The notes below the pieces were generated by a model. That model was not told where the DNA came from. It did not search any database and saw nothing but the letters and a program-made list of their open reading frames with translations. From Thraustochytrium aureum (lineage: Eukaryota): a DNA stretch of 58,101 nt. Positions 20,156 through 31,127 of this stretch are shown in pieces. The stretch lies in NCBI GenBank assembly GCA_012862495.1, contig BLSG01000212.1, positions 1 to 58,101 on the forward strand. Reading direction: 5' to 3'. A program made the translations under genes and the position numbers. Within the stretch, counting starts at the first letter, position 1; every line of letters starts with the position of its first letter.

Positions 20156-21592
20156 ATGTCGGCCACTCTCCAGCAAATGGGCGCCAAGGGCATGCAGGAT
20201 GCCTACACCTGCCTGTCCGCCCAAACCTCGCACTTCAAGCGCACCTACAAGCGCCACACCGCATTCGCATGCGAGTGCAAGGACCTGCAGATCATTGCGC
20301 CGCGCTGGGGCGACAGCTCCACCACCAACGTGGTGCGCAACGGCGACCTCGTCTCCGAGATGTGGCTGCACCTGACCATCGACCCGCTCGAGGCGGCCGA
20401 CCCGGAGACCAACGACTGCTGGTGGACCAACGTGCTCGGCCATGCCATGATCGAGCAGTGCAGCTTCACCGTTGGCACGCAGGAGATCGACAGCTTCCGC
20501 GGTGAGTTCCTTGAGATCATGCATGAGCTGGCCTCAGACGTCAACATCGACGTAGACGACCTCGTGCTGCGTGCGCCGCACGACGCCGCTGACAACGCGC
20601 AGCTCAAGTGGTGGAGCAAGCACGGCAACACCATCGACCGCGACGGTAAGCGCGTGACCGAGCTCTGGGTCAAGCTCAACTTTTGGTCTGCGCCGCGCGC
20701 AGCCAGTCGCTGCCGCTCATCGCGCTGCAGTACCACGACGCGCAGGTGCGCCTGCGCCTGCGAAAGCGCGACGAGCTCATTGTCTGGGACGACTTCAGCC
20801 AGCCCATGGCGCTCAGCTCGGACCCGAACAAGCAGGGTAACATCCGCACTGCCNNNNNNNNNNNNNNNNNNNNNNNNNNNNNNNNNNNNNNNNNNNNNNN
20901 NNNNNNNNNNNNNNNNNNNNNNNNNNNNNNNNNNNNNNNNNNNNNNNNNNNNNNNNNNNNNNNNNNNNNNNNNNNNNNNNNNNNNNNNNNNNNNNNNNNN
21001 NNNNNNGGCTTCCACTCACGAGTACATCATCAAGAACCGCCAGGAGAGCCTGAGCAACATCAAGCGCTGCGGCTGCACCAGCAGCGCCATTCAGCTCGTG
21101 TTCAACCACCCGATCATCGCTGTCTACTTCTTCGTGCGCAAGAACGCCAACCTGCGCCGAAACGCGTACTTCAACTGGGAGCGCACCGACGGGCTCGGCG
21201 ACGACACCATCACGTCCAGCACGCTCCGGTTCAACGGGTCGAACCGCGAGACGCCGCGCGGCCCGCTCTTCTACCGCAAGGTGCAGCCTTCGCTCTACTT
21301 CAAGCGCTGCCCGCGCCGCCCGCTCTACACCTACTCGTTCGCCGCCTTCCCGCTGGCCTGGTACCCGAGCGGCTCGTTCAACGCGAGCCGCATCGACTCG
21401 ATCGAGCTCATGGTGCGCTTCCCGCCGACTGACCACTCCTCGCTGCTGCCCGTGCCCCCCAACGGCGACGGCTCGGCCGGCACGCCGCTCACGGACCAGC
21501 CCTTTGACGACGCTGAGATCAGCATCTACGCCGAGTCGTTCAACGTCATTCGCCTGCAGGCTGGTCTCTGCGCGCTCAAGTTCGCGTCGTAA
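20156..21592 (+). CDS. mcp: NCLDV major capsid protein (double jelly-roll) homolog; frameshift at ~20687; internal N gap
   Basis: FKRTYKRHTAFA, RNGDLVSEMWL, GTQEIDSFRGEFLEIMHEL, LPLIALQYH, HEYII, FNHP, YTYSFAAFP..PSGSFNASRID, YAESFNVIR...G.CALKFAS. Confidence 0.95.
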   Translation: MSATLQQMGAKGMQDAYTCLSAQTSHFKRTYKRHTAFACECKDLQIIAPRWGDSSTTNVVRNGDLVSEMWLHLTIDPLEAADPETNDCWWTNVLGHAMIEQCSFTVGTQEIDSFRGEFLEIMHELASDVNIDVDDLVLRAPHDAADNAQLKWWSKHGNTIDRDGKRVTELWVKLNFWSAPRAASRCRSSRCSTTTRRCACACESATSSLSGTTSASPWRSARTRTSRVTSALXXXXXXXXXXXXXXXXXXXXXXXXXXXXXXXXXXXXXXXXXXXXXXXXXXXXASTHEYIIKNRQESLSNIKRCGCTSSAIQLVFNHPIIAVYFFVRKNANLRRNAYFNWERTDGLGDDTITSSTLRFNGSNRETPRGPLFYRKVQPSLYFKRCPRRPLYTYSFAAFPLAWYPSGSFNASRIDSIELMVRFPPTDHSSLLPVPPNGDGSAGTPLTDQPFDDAEISIYAESFNVIRLQAGLCALKFAS

Positions 21593-21744
21593 TCGCTTCT
21601 TGAGAATCAAGCAAAAAGCTCATAAAGCTCGCAACGCGCAAAAAGAGAGTCGTTGGACTAAACAACCCAAGTCATTTTTTTTGTGTTTGCGTTTTTTCAT
21701 TTTCTTGTGAATTTCCATCGAACGACAGACAGTCTTTGGATGGT

Positions 21745-24205
21745 TTACTTTGCTTTTCCACTCCCGAATAGCGCCGCCTTGGACGCGCGCAGCATTTGAA
21801 TGAGCTGAAACAGCATCAGAAGGCCGGCGAGAATGGTCAGCGTAAATCCAACCCCGGTGAAGGCGTTCGAGTTCTGCCGCATGAATGCAGTCCACCACGT
21901 TCTTGCCGAGCGGCGCGCCATCCTGGTCCTTAGCGTAGACCGTCAGCAGTGCAAGGAGCCCCGCGGTGAAGAAAACAGCGCCGATCAGGAGGAGCAGCAC
22001 GCTGAAGCGAGGCATCGGTTTCTCGTTTTTTCCCTTGCCGTTGGCCTGACCATTGGTTTGGTACACTGCATGGGCCGCGGCAGCCAGCAAGTGCGAGTCG
22101 CGCATGATGACCATCACACTGGCAGCCATGAGAAAGACCACCGCACCGACCACGGCCGCGATTCCGTACGGCTCCCACATGTTGCGCTCTTTCACGCGCT
22201 CCATGCAGAACTGCGAGAGACCGCTGGTCACGGTGAGGTCGCGGCGCAGGTCCTCGTCGTCGCATACCAGCACGCCGTTCTCGTCCGTGGCGCAGCAGCC
22301 GTCCAGGTCGTTGGCGCAGGCGGCCACCTCCTTGGCGTCATTCGGGTTGGTGGCCTGGTAGCTGCAGCGCCCGGTCACCCGGTCGCACTTGAAGTGCGCG
22401 AACATTGGGGGCGCGCACTGCGCGGAGATTAGCGGCAGCTCGCCGCCATTGCTCTCGGCGGTGTTGATCGTGGTTTTCTGCACCTCCGCGCAGGCCTGCA
22501 TGAACTTAACCACCTTCTTCTTGTAGATGTGGTAGTTCTCGTCCGTGCACTCGCCAGGCGAAAGCTCCTTGAACCGTGCCTCACTGGCCACGCAGCCACC
22601 GTCGTCATCCTGGCAGGCACCGTCGCTGGCCATGTAATGCGTTTGGCTGATGGCCGAGCACTTCCCGCCATCCTTGCGGCGCCAAAAACCGGCGTTCGCC
22701 CGCTCGTGCTCACCGTTCGAAGTGTTGCACTGCACGCACCCCGGGAATGGTGACTTATCGTCTTCTTCGTCCTCTTCCTCGTCATCGTCCCCGCTCTCCC
22801 CGGCGCCCTTCTTGAGCTTCTCCGCCCACTCTTTGATGTTTTCGGTAAAGTTGTTGATGATCGACGCCTCCTTGCCGGCGATGCCAAAGGCCACGAAGGC
22901 GGCCTCGTTCACGTCGCACCGGCGCACCTTGACGAGGTTGAACGTGCTTTGCGTCAGCGTGGCGCATGCACGCGCGGCCGCCTCGTAGCGTTTGCGGTCC
23001 AGCGCTAGCTGCGGGTCGCGGCATATCCCCGAAAAGACGCCGCAGCGCCGGTAGTGCTTCCACTTGTCGCTCTCCGCGCAGGCGTCGTTATCACCGTGCT
23101 GCGCCTTGGTCCATTCAGCGTGTCTGGAGAAGCAGCGGCTATCGTACCAGAGCGTGCGGTTGACCACGAGGTCTCTGTTGCGCAGCTGGCCGTCGTTGGT
23201 GCAGAGTCGGTCGAAGGCGCTGCTGCCCGTATCCAGCACAACGTCGCCGTTGTTAGGGTCGATCGACGCGTCATACGGTCGATACGGCCAGATTCTGCGG
23301 CGCGCCGCGTAGACGCCCGGCCAGACGAACATCAGCAGAAAAAGGGCTGATGTAACCATGATACCCACTGCAACGAGCTTGTAGATGAGCATGTGCCTCG
23401 CGATGGTCGACATGCTCTTGGCCCGACCAGCCCCGCCATCACCGTCCTTTTCGTTCGTGCCCTCGTTCTTGTCTTCTTTCTGTTTGAACTCGATGTTGAC
23501 GCCGCCGCCCTTGATGGACTGGAGAACGGTGCCTGGGGCGGTGAGCACCAGCTTGACCAGGTCCTTGAAGAACTTGAAGAAGAGCAGCGCGAGTGGGATG
23601 AACATCAAGAACACGATGACCAGCCACATGAGGTCCAGGCCCTCCATCTTGGCCTCGGCGGTGGCGTCCATCAGCGTGGTTGTGCTCTGCACCGCCAGGG
23701 AGTGGGCTGAGTGCGTCACTGCGCAGTCGCCCATTACGCTCACGTCCGTCTCCTGCTCGGCGGCCTGGATGACGCTGCTGCGGCAGTTGGAGAAGTTCTG
23801 CTCGTTGAGCGCCGTGGCGCTGCGCGTGCAGCTGGTCAGCATTGTCTGCGTAAGGTCCATGGTGGTGTTGATGAAGCTGTTCATGATGTTGGAGGACTCA
23901 GAGCTGTTGCCGATACCCACGATCAGCCCCGACATCTCGGCGACGGCCTTGGCAGTGAGGCTGGTCATGGTTGACTGCTGCATGTCAGAGACCAGGCTCT
24001 GGTTCGTCACCATGTTCGACACACCCACCGCTTTGCACGTCTGTTTGCTGAACGTGAGGTTGCAGTTCACCGCGTCCACGGCCCGCTGCATGTTGGTGCA
24101 TGAGACGGACAGGTCGCCGTCTGCCATGGAGCTCATGGTGTTGTTGATGCTGCTCTGCACGGCGCTTGACACCTCATTGAGCGCGACGCTCTGGTTGCCG
24201 CCCAT
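21745..24205 (-). CDS. Myristoylated membrane protein (poxvirus L1/F9-like N-domain) with large Cys-rich ectodomain; frameshift at ~21895
   Basis: MGGNQS myristoylation sequence; Cys-spaced S/T/N/Q-rich N-domain; TMs at LMWLVIVFLMFIPLALLFF and further downstream. The alternative frame gives a clean last TM (GVGFTLTILAGLLMLFQLI...KAK*) ending at 21745. Confidence 0.75.
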
Positions 24206-24346
24206 CTTGCGACTGAACGAAAGCGATACCGGTGGCTGCGCGCGGGACCGGATTCTCAACAGAGTAGCGCTGAAGAAATTTTCAAATGCGTTTACTTACC
24301 TAGCAACCTGAACGCGCGCTTCTCACAAAACCGGGACTGGGCCCAG

Positions 24347-25436
24347 ATGCCGCTCTTCCAGGACTTTGAGGGCGACGACTCCGTCGCTGCAAACTTTCCT
24401 ATAGTGGACCGACTACGCGTGGACGCCCAGGAGCAGCGCCAGCGCGAGATCGTTCGTGAAACGCTGGCAGAGTTTTGGGGTACCCACGGGCCACCGCCCG
24501 CTAGAGCGGGCCACACAACAGCCGCGGGTGTTGGCGGCCACTACGATGACCATGACGCGTACGATGCGTACGAAGGCTACGGTGTACGCAACGCCTACAG
24601 CCCCCACGACGCCTACGACGCCTACGACGCCTACGATGCGTACAACCCGCACACCCGTATGGCGAGCCACGTTGGCGCTCCCGCGGCGAGCAAGCCTACG
24701 CGCATCTCGCGTACGCGCAACAGCCCCGCCGCGAACACATGCGTGTGTCCATCGTTGACCATGAGAGCGCAGCGCGAGAAAACGCTCGCGAAGCCGCGGC
24801 TGCTGCAAAGATGAACGGTGTGAGCGCGCAGCGGCGGCGGGACTGGTCGGGCAAGGTCCACACGATGGACGACCTGCCCAAGCCCACCGTGATGGACGAG
24901 TTGTTCCCGGGCGGCTTCGCTGGCGAGGAAACATGGATGGCGGGCCCCGCGATGACCGGGCGTTCGACGAACCGCCGCTGGTGCAGGCCGGTCGCAGGCT
25001 ATCCGACGGGCGCATCCGTGCGCCACTGGCGCTCCCAGGCATAAGCGACGCCCTGGGCCTGGACTCGCACGCGCTATCCGCGGACGTGCTCTTCTTTCTC
25101 GTGGCGCTGGCGCTGATTGCTGGTTTTTTGGTGGGCAGATTGCAAGCTCGCGCGAAGCAGCGCCAGCTCCAGCGACGGCAGCATCAGCAGCAGCAGCAGC
25201 AGCATCTGCACCATCAGCAGTATGAGAACACCCACCGGTTTGTGCAGGGCGCGCAAAGCGTGCAGACCGCGTTCGGGCCGTCGCATGCCGCTGCACTGCA
25301 GCGTATTGGGGGCGTCTCAGTGACAGACAAACAGCTAAACAGTAACGGTCTGCACGAAGTGGTGCAACAGTTGCGTCTGGTATCGGAGCGCATCGCTGCG
25401 CTGGAGAAGCTCAGCGGCGCGTCCCCGTCTAATTGA
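24347..25436 (+). CDS. Hypothetical single-TM protein, probably one gene with two frameshifts (~24680, ~24930)
   Basis: Three successive frames (24347, 24739, 24933) join at homopolymers; YDA repeats; TM VLFFLVALALIAGFLVG followed by poly-Q. Confidence 0.55.
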
Positions 25437-26028
25437 TCAGCACGATGAACAGGACCGTGACCACAATGAAGAGGATGAAAATGACGGCGATGTTGCGAGC
25501 GAAATGGTAGCTGTGGCGCATACTCATGGCGGCCGCGAACAAAGCAAACACGCCGCCGGCGAGCTGCAGAGCTGTGCCCGGTTCCCACAGCGACACCTTG
25601 AACGACGAAATCACCTTCCCGTCGATTGGGTTAACGAGCTCTCCGCTCGTGCGAATCCCGCCACCGAGGTACATTGCCAATGTGGCGATGACCATGGCAA
25701 CGCATGCCCACAAGCTCAGTGGCGCGAGCATGGGGCTGAACAGTCCGCGTGAGAAGCTCGCGATGAACCCAACCATGGCGAAGATCATCGACATGACCAG
25801 CAGCGCCCTGATTGCGCTTAATTCACTGCTCTCCCCAAACTTGGCGTCGAACAGGCCTATTTTCTCCTCCTGAACCAACAACAAATCTGGAACAGTCAAC
25901 GAAACACTGAGCCACGGTGTGAGCACGCTAGCCAGCAGCAGCCAGAACGTGAAGAACGCGGGTATCATGACACCGGGGTCGCTGTCCGCGGCGAAACCGG
26001 GCATGTGCGCTACTGTAGTGCCTGACAT
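25429..26028 (-). CDS. Claudin/PMP22-like multi-pass membrane protein
   Basis: TM1-TPW...GLF...AIRALLVMSMIFAMVGF-TM3-...GTALQLAGGVFALFAA topology, plus an extra C-terminal TM. Confidence 0.5.
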   Translation of the reverse strand: MSGTTVAHMPGFAADSDPGVMIPAFFTFWLLLASVLTPWLSVSLTVPDLLLVQEEKIGLFDAKFGESSELSAIRALLVMSMIFAMVGFIASFSRGLFSPMLAPLSLWACVAMVIATLAMYLGGGIRTSGELVNPIDGKVISSFKVSLWEPGTALQLAGGVFALFAAAMSMRHSYHFARNIAVIFILFIVVTVLFIVLIN

Positions 26029-26166
26029 GGTGAAAACAACCTTCTGTTCACGACGGTGACCGTTTTCCTCTTCACAAAAGCGCACCGATTACCGATCGCC
26101 AATATCGCCCTCACGTTCCACATACAGATAAAAACCCAAACAAGCAACAACAAAAACAGAACAAGT

Positions 26167-26790
26167 CTACTTGCACGCAAGCAGGGGCTCTTCACCAACG
26201 CCGCCGCTCAGCACGCGCTTTGCACCGGACCCGACGTCACTTTCCCCGTCATTTTCGTCTTCCGCAAGGCCGCCGCAGCAACCGCCACCGGGCAGCGCGG
26301 GTTCGTTGCGCGCCAAGTAGCTTACCTCCATGCGCGTCTCGGCCATGAACTCGTCCGCGGCGCGCCTGAACTCTCGGCGCCGAGCCAACTGCACGTCGAT
26401 CTTGCTGAGAATGTCGTTGTAGCGAGCCTCCGTGTCCCAGTGGCTCTGCGCCCGGCCGCCCAGGTTCAGGTACGTGTGCACGGCGCCCATCACAGCGGTA
26501 ACGCACGTCGCTGCCGATATGATGTACCGGGTCTCGGGCGAGTCCCACGACGCCGCAAGCGCCGACGTGACCAGGCCTGCGATCGGCGCCGGCATGCCGA
26601 ACACAATGTGCTTCACGCGCGCCTTGTAGCCGGCGCGATGGTGCTGCTTCGACTTGTTAGCGCATTCATCTCGCCACTTCAGAAGCAAAGACTCGATGGA
26701 GCTGTGCCATGACTCCTCGCCCCGTTGCTGCGTGCCTTGCGTGCTTGAACTGCCCGTTGAGCCGTACTCGGACAAAGAGCCGGTCGCCAT
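26167..26790 (-). CDS. SLATT-type two-TM protein of giant viruses
   Basis: WHSSIESLLLKWRDEC...HHRA...FGMPAPIAGLVT...YLNLGGRAQSH...YNDILSKIDVQLA..R..R..ADEF. Confidence 0.7.
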   Translation of the reverse strand: MATGSLSEYGSTGSSSTQGTQQRGEESWHSSIESLLLKWRDECANKSKQHHRAGYKARVKHIVFGMPAPIAGLVTSALAASWDSPETRYIISAATCVTAVMGAVHTYLNLGGRAQSHWDTEARYNDILSKIDVQLARRREFRRAADEFMAETRMEVSYLARNEPALPGGGCCGGLAEDENDGESDVGSGAKRVLSGGVGEEPLLACK

Positions 26791-26933
26791 TCTGCTGCAG
26801 AGACTATGTTCACTATTGTTCACTGTTCTCCACTGTTCACCCACCCACCACTCTGCAAGGTGGTGCAAGAAAAAACTCCGGTCTGATCTGATTTTAAAGA
26901 ATGAAAGAACATGGTTCTATTTTGCGGGTCGCT

Positions 26934-27703
26934 TTAGTACTTCCACGCTGGCTGAAAGGCCGGGTACGGACCCTGGGCGCCCGGACCCATGCCCTGCACT
27001 TCCAGCAGGTCCAGCACGTTGCGTTTGTCCGAGGTCATGAGCGGGCCGTGCGAGGGCGCCCAGCCACCTCCGGGGTTGCGCCAGACCTCGGTCTCCGGGT
27101 CGGCGATGTGCACCTCGCCAGCGTGACCGACGCCCGTGCGCCGCCAGGCCTCCGCCCCGTGCCAGTGCTCATGCAATCGCACCCCGGGCATGGACTGCAG
27201 GACCTCCTCGGCACTATCGGCGATGATGCGCGCGCGAAGCTCCGCGATTGTCTCGGCGCGTTGGCTAACGCCGTGCGGGTTCGACGCTTGCGTTGGGTCC
27301 ACGCCATATAGCGAAGCCATGNNNNNNNNNNNNNNNNNNNNNNNNNNNNNNNNNNNNNNNNNNNNNNNNNNNNNNNNNNNNNNNNNNNNNNNNNNNNNNN
27401 NNNNNNNNNNNNNNNNNNNNNNNNNNNNNNNNNNNNNNNNNNNNNNNNNNNNNNNNNNNNNNNNNNNNNNNNNNNNNNNNNNNNNNNNNNNNNNNNNNNN
27501 NNNNNNNNNNNNNNNNNNNNNNNNNNNNNNNNNNNNNNNNCCAACGCTCCCTCGGTTCGGGCCACCTCGTCAAGCACAGCACGGACGGTGGCGGGCGTGA
27601 GGATGCTGTCCTGCGGGTGCTCGTCGCCGCGCATCCATGCCTCCACCGCGCTAGCCGCCGAGCGGTCGTGGCGCCTGGAGCGCCGACTGTGTGTGAAGCT
27701 CAT
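26934..27703 (-). CDS. Hypothetical protein interrupted by N gap
   Basis: N-terminal part MSFTHSRRSRR... (27703) and C-terminal part ...ETIAELRARIIADSAEEVL...WKY* flank the gap. Confidence 0.5.
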
Positions 27704-27773
27704 TGTGCACCCAACAAAGCACAGCTGGCCTTGACTGGTCAACGCGCGCTCGCGGAAGTTCAATGCCGATTAT

Positions 27774-28823
27774 TTATTTTAACGACACAAACATAGTTCG
27801 AAACGGCAGTAGTTCGGGCAAAACATCTTTGTCTGGAGTTTCGTCAATGAAGTTTTCGACGCTTCTGAACTTGCGCGTTGTAGACCATAACATGACCATG
27901 GCGTTTCGATTTCGTGCGTTGTGCTCATTCATGATATTTTTCTCCAAAACGCGCAGAAAAGCGGCATGTACGTGCTTCTGCGGACGGTAAGTGCTAAGTT
28001 TATGTCCTTCAAGCAGTCTGTTTAGTTCATCGTTTGTCCCGTTACTTTTAGCTTTCTTCCAAGCATGAATTAAGTCAATGCTTTCAGAATATCCCATCTC
28101 CCAAAATCTAAACATGTTCTTGAAGCGTATCCATTCCGGGATGACCTTGTTCGCCAGTAAACGCGGCCACCCAGTGATCACCACCGCGAGTAGCACAACC
28201 ACTACAATCACCGAAAGTGTCACTCCGAATACTAATAACAATGAAATGCCGCCCCCAGCGGTCGCTGCGCTTCCCTTCACCTTACCACCACCCCCTACAC
28301 CACCGCTGCCGCTCGCATTAGCAGCAGCCGCCGGGTTAGCCGGCCCCGCATCGTCGCGTGCAAATATGCCGCGCACGACGGCAGCTGCCTGGCTCGCGGC
28401 GGTGGAAACGTCGGAACCATCCGCTAATGCGCCCACAAACGCAATTACAAAGCGCGCGGACAGCCACACAGCAACAACGGCGCTGCCAACGCCCAGCAGG
28501 ATGGCCAGCCACACCAGCCTCCGGCCACTTCGAGCCCGACCTTGATGTTGATCGGACTGTTCAGTCCAGTATGCGTCCGTATCGTTCGGGTCCACGTACA
28601 ACGTGCCGCTGCTGCCGTGCTCGTTGAGCGGGGCCACGATGGAGTTGCCGTGCACCACGTCGGGGCCGAGGTTCTGGGAAGACTGGGGCGCTACCCAGTG
28701 CGCGCCGTACTCGGTGATGGGATCCTGCGCACCGGCATGCTGCTGCGCGTGGTGCTGTGATGGATGCTGCTGCTGTTCCTGCTGATCATTCAAGTACTGC
28801 TGCTGCTGCAAGTGCTGTTGCAT
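27774..28823 (-). CDS. Two-TM membrane protein (Q-rich N-terminus, Gly-rich linker, AT-rich tail)
   Basis: ATG 28823; TM LVWLAILLGVGSAVVAVWL; GSGGVGGGG linker; TM ISLLLVFGVTLSVIVVVVLLAVVI. Confidence 0.75.
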   Translation of the reverse strand: MQQHLQQQQYLNDQQEQQQHPSQHHAQQHAGAQDPITEYGAHWVAPQSSQNLGPDVVHGNSIVAPLNEHGSSGTLYVDPNDTDAYWTEQSDQHQGRARSGRRLVWLAILLGVGSAVVAVWLSARFVIAFVGALADGSDVSTAASQAAAVVRGIFARDDAGPANPAAAANASGSGGVGGGGKVKGSAATAGGGISLLLVFGVTLSVIVVVVLLAVVITGWPRLLANKVIPEWIRFKNMFRFWEMGYSESIDLIHAWKKAKSNGTNDELNRLLEGHKLSTYRPQKHVHAAFLRVLEKNIMNEHNARNRNAMVMLWSTTRKFRSVENFIDETPDKDVLPELLPFRTMFVSLK

Positions 28824-28980
28824 TGGCTCCACGATAGGTCGCTGAACGAAATACGCGCTGCGCGAACGCGTTTGTGCCGCAACGTGGTGCTCGTTCTTCA
28901 GGTGAAAGATCGTTTTTATTTTGCTACTAGCGCGGCTCCTCGCTCGCGCGTCTCCACCTCTTTGGCGCACTCGCTGGTGC

Positions 28981-30609
28981 TCACACCAGGAGGCGAGGCG
29001 GTGTGACTTCCATCCCGCGGTTCGTGATGCGCACCTTGGTAGCAACGCAGTGCGACTCGCACGGAATCGAGAAGCGTAGCTCGATGGTCAGCTCGCTGCA
29101 GCTCATCATGAGTGCGGCATCGCACAGTTCGCCGTTCCCGTCGAAGATGTCGCGCAGCACAAACGCAATGCGCAGGCAGAGGTCGCGCTCCGACTGCAGC
29201 TGCGGGTCCAGCTCTGCCGGCGCCTGAACCCAGGCGCCAACCTCATTCGTGACGTCGGCGACCGTGGCGACATGCGGGTCAGGCAGCGTGGTGCTCACGC
29301 CACGGTCGACGGGCGAAGCCCCGTTCAGCAGCGACGCGTGGCGGGCCAGCGGGGTGGTTGCCACGGGCGGCATCAACGCGCAGACGTCAACCTCCATGGG
29401 CTCGGTGGCGCGTCCACGCAGCTCCAGCCTCGCGCTGATCAAGCGCGATTCGGCGTTCAACCGCTCGCCCAGCCCGCCGCGCTCGTGGTCCAGCTCGCCA
29501 GCCAGAGGCAGCGTGATGAGACGGCTGCGACAGCGCAGGTCGAGACCGGGGGCCATGTCCGCCCCGCGGGCGGAAAAGATGCGCTTGGAAATGGCCTCGG
29601 GTGAGTCGCCGCGCACGGTGACGACCAACGCGGCCGTTCCGATCAGCGAGTTGCGGAATACGGGTGAGGCGAACAGGTCCACATTACGCAGGCTATCACC
29701 GAAGGATCGGGCTCGGTTGCCCGTTCCGATGGCGCTAGGCGGCAATGTCAAAGCGGGCGGTGATTCGACGTTAGGTGAGGCGCTCGGCGATAGGTGCGGT
29801 GATACGAGCGGCGACACGTGTGGCGAGGCGAAGGGGGAAACCAGCGCGGGTGGAGGCGTTTCGCATAGCGTTTCGCAGTCGTTGCCGCTGCAGCAACCGC
29901 TGTCGTTGCCGAATCCACAGACCTCCGGCAACGGGGGCAGTCTGCCACCGAGCTGGCAATCGAGCTCAAGCGCGTTTTCTTCATTCTCGTTGCCGCCGCT
30001 GCATTCGAAGCCGTCCTCCTGGTCCACGGAAGCGTCCATCGGGGCCTGGCGATACCAGTGCACCAACGCGGCATACTGCTCGGGCAGCGCGAGCCGCACG
30101 ATGCTCTCAAAGTCCATGCTACAGCGCACCCCACTGCTTCGCAGCGTCTCTTCCACGGTGCTAAAGGCTGCCGAGGGGGCCGCGGGGCGCGGACTTCGTC
30201 ACCATTCCAAAGTCGTTCTCACCGACTTCGCCGACTTCGCCGCTGTCGCTGCCGCCGCTCTGATCCCCCATCAGCGCGGCAAACCGCCGCTGAATGGCCT
30301 TCTCGGGATGCTGTCCACGGCGCGCAGGTCCATCTGCGAGAGGTGCTTAGCCACCAGTGCCGTGTCCACGAGCTCGAGCGAACACACGCGGCCCTTGGCG
30401 GCAGAGGCTTTGTTCCGCGACTCGGCGCGACGCTGCATGCACCACTCTACAATCGCAATGAAGGTGCCGGCGAAAGTAGCCACAGACACCGACACGGCGG
30501 CGAGCGCTGCTACCACAGCGTCGGGCTGATCTTGCTGCGCGCCCCAGCCCGTCGTCGCGTTCGCCAGCACCGGGCACTCGCTCTCGTTCAGAACCATCCC
30601 TAGCTCCAT
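28981..30609 (-). CDS. Hypothetical protein(s): ORF 28981-30156 probably joined to upstream TM-containing ORF 30271-30609 by frameshifts
   Basis: 391-aa frame lacks a good ATG at its 5' end; contains SP-rich repeats (VSPFASPHVSPLVSPHLSP); upstream ORF has a TM. Confidence 0.5.
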
Positions 30610-31127
30610 TCTCAAACTCAATCAACGGACTCTCTGGTGCTAATGAATGAACTGCTCTTGCGCTTGCCCCTGTTCTACCGACCTCGCTGACCTGCCTTGG
30701 CTCGCCTGCCAGAATGTGCTTTCGACCAACCGATGGTTACTGCCTGGTGCTGCGATGCGAACGAGCCGTGTGCTATTCAGGCTTTCCTCTTCTCTCTGCT
30801 GCCGACGTTAAGGGTCTGCCGGTTCGCCGGCGCTGCGGCCGGCGTTGGTCTACCTTCTTCAAGCAGACCATTAGGCAGACCTGTTCTTCGGCAGCAGCGA
30901 CCACCTCGCGCGCATAAACAGTCGACGCACGCGCTTTCTGGCGAGCGAGCCGATTGTGGCTGGACGATTGTGGCCTGGCGTATGTGGCGATTCAGGGACG
31001 ATTGTGGTCGGACGACTGCGTTCAAACGATCGTGACAATCGTGACAGCAGCCGGAGAGTGCTTTTTTTCTCAAACAATGGGGTGAACACATACACACCGA
31101 CGGGGCCAACGAACGGACGAACGAACC

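Noticed and set aside
18897..20690. Programmed ribosomal frameshifting in DUF5760-like and capsid genes
   Set aside because: No consistent slippery heptamer or stimulatory structure, and similar indels affect many unrelated genes.
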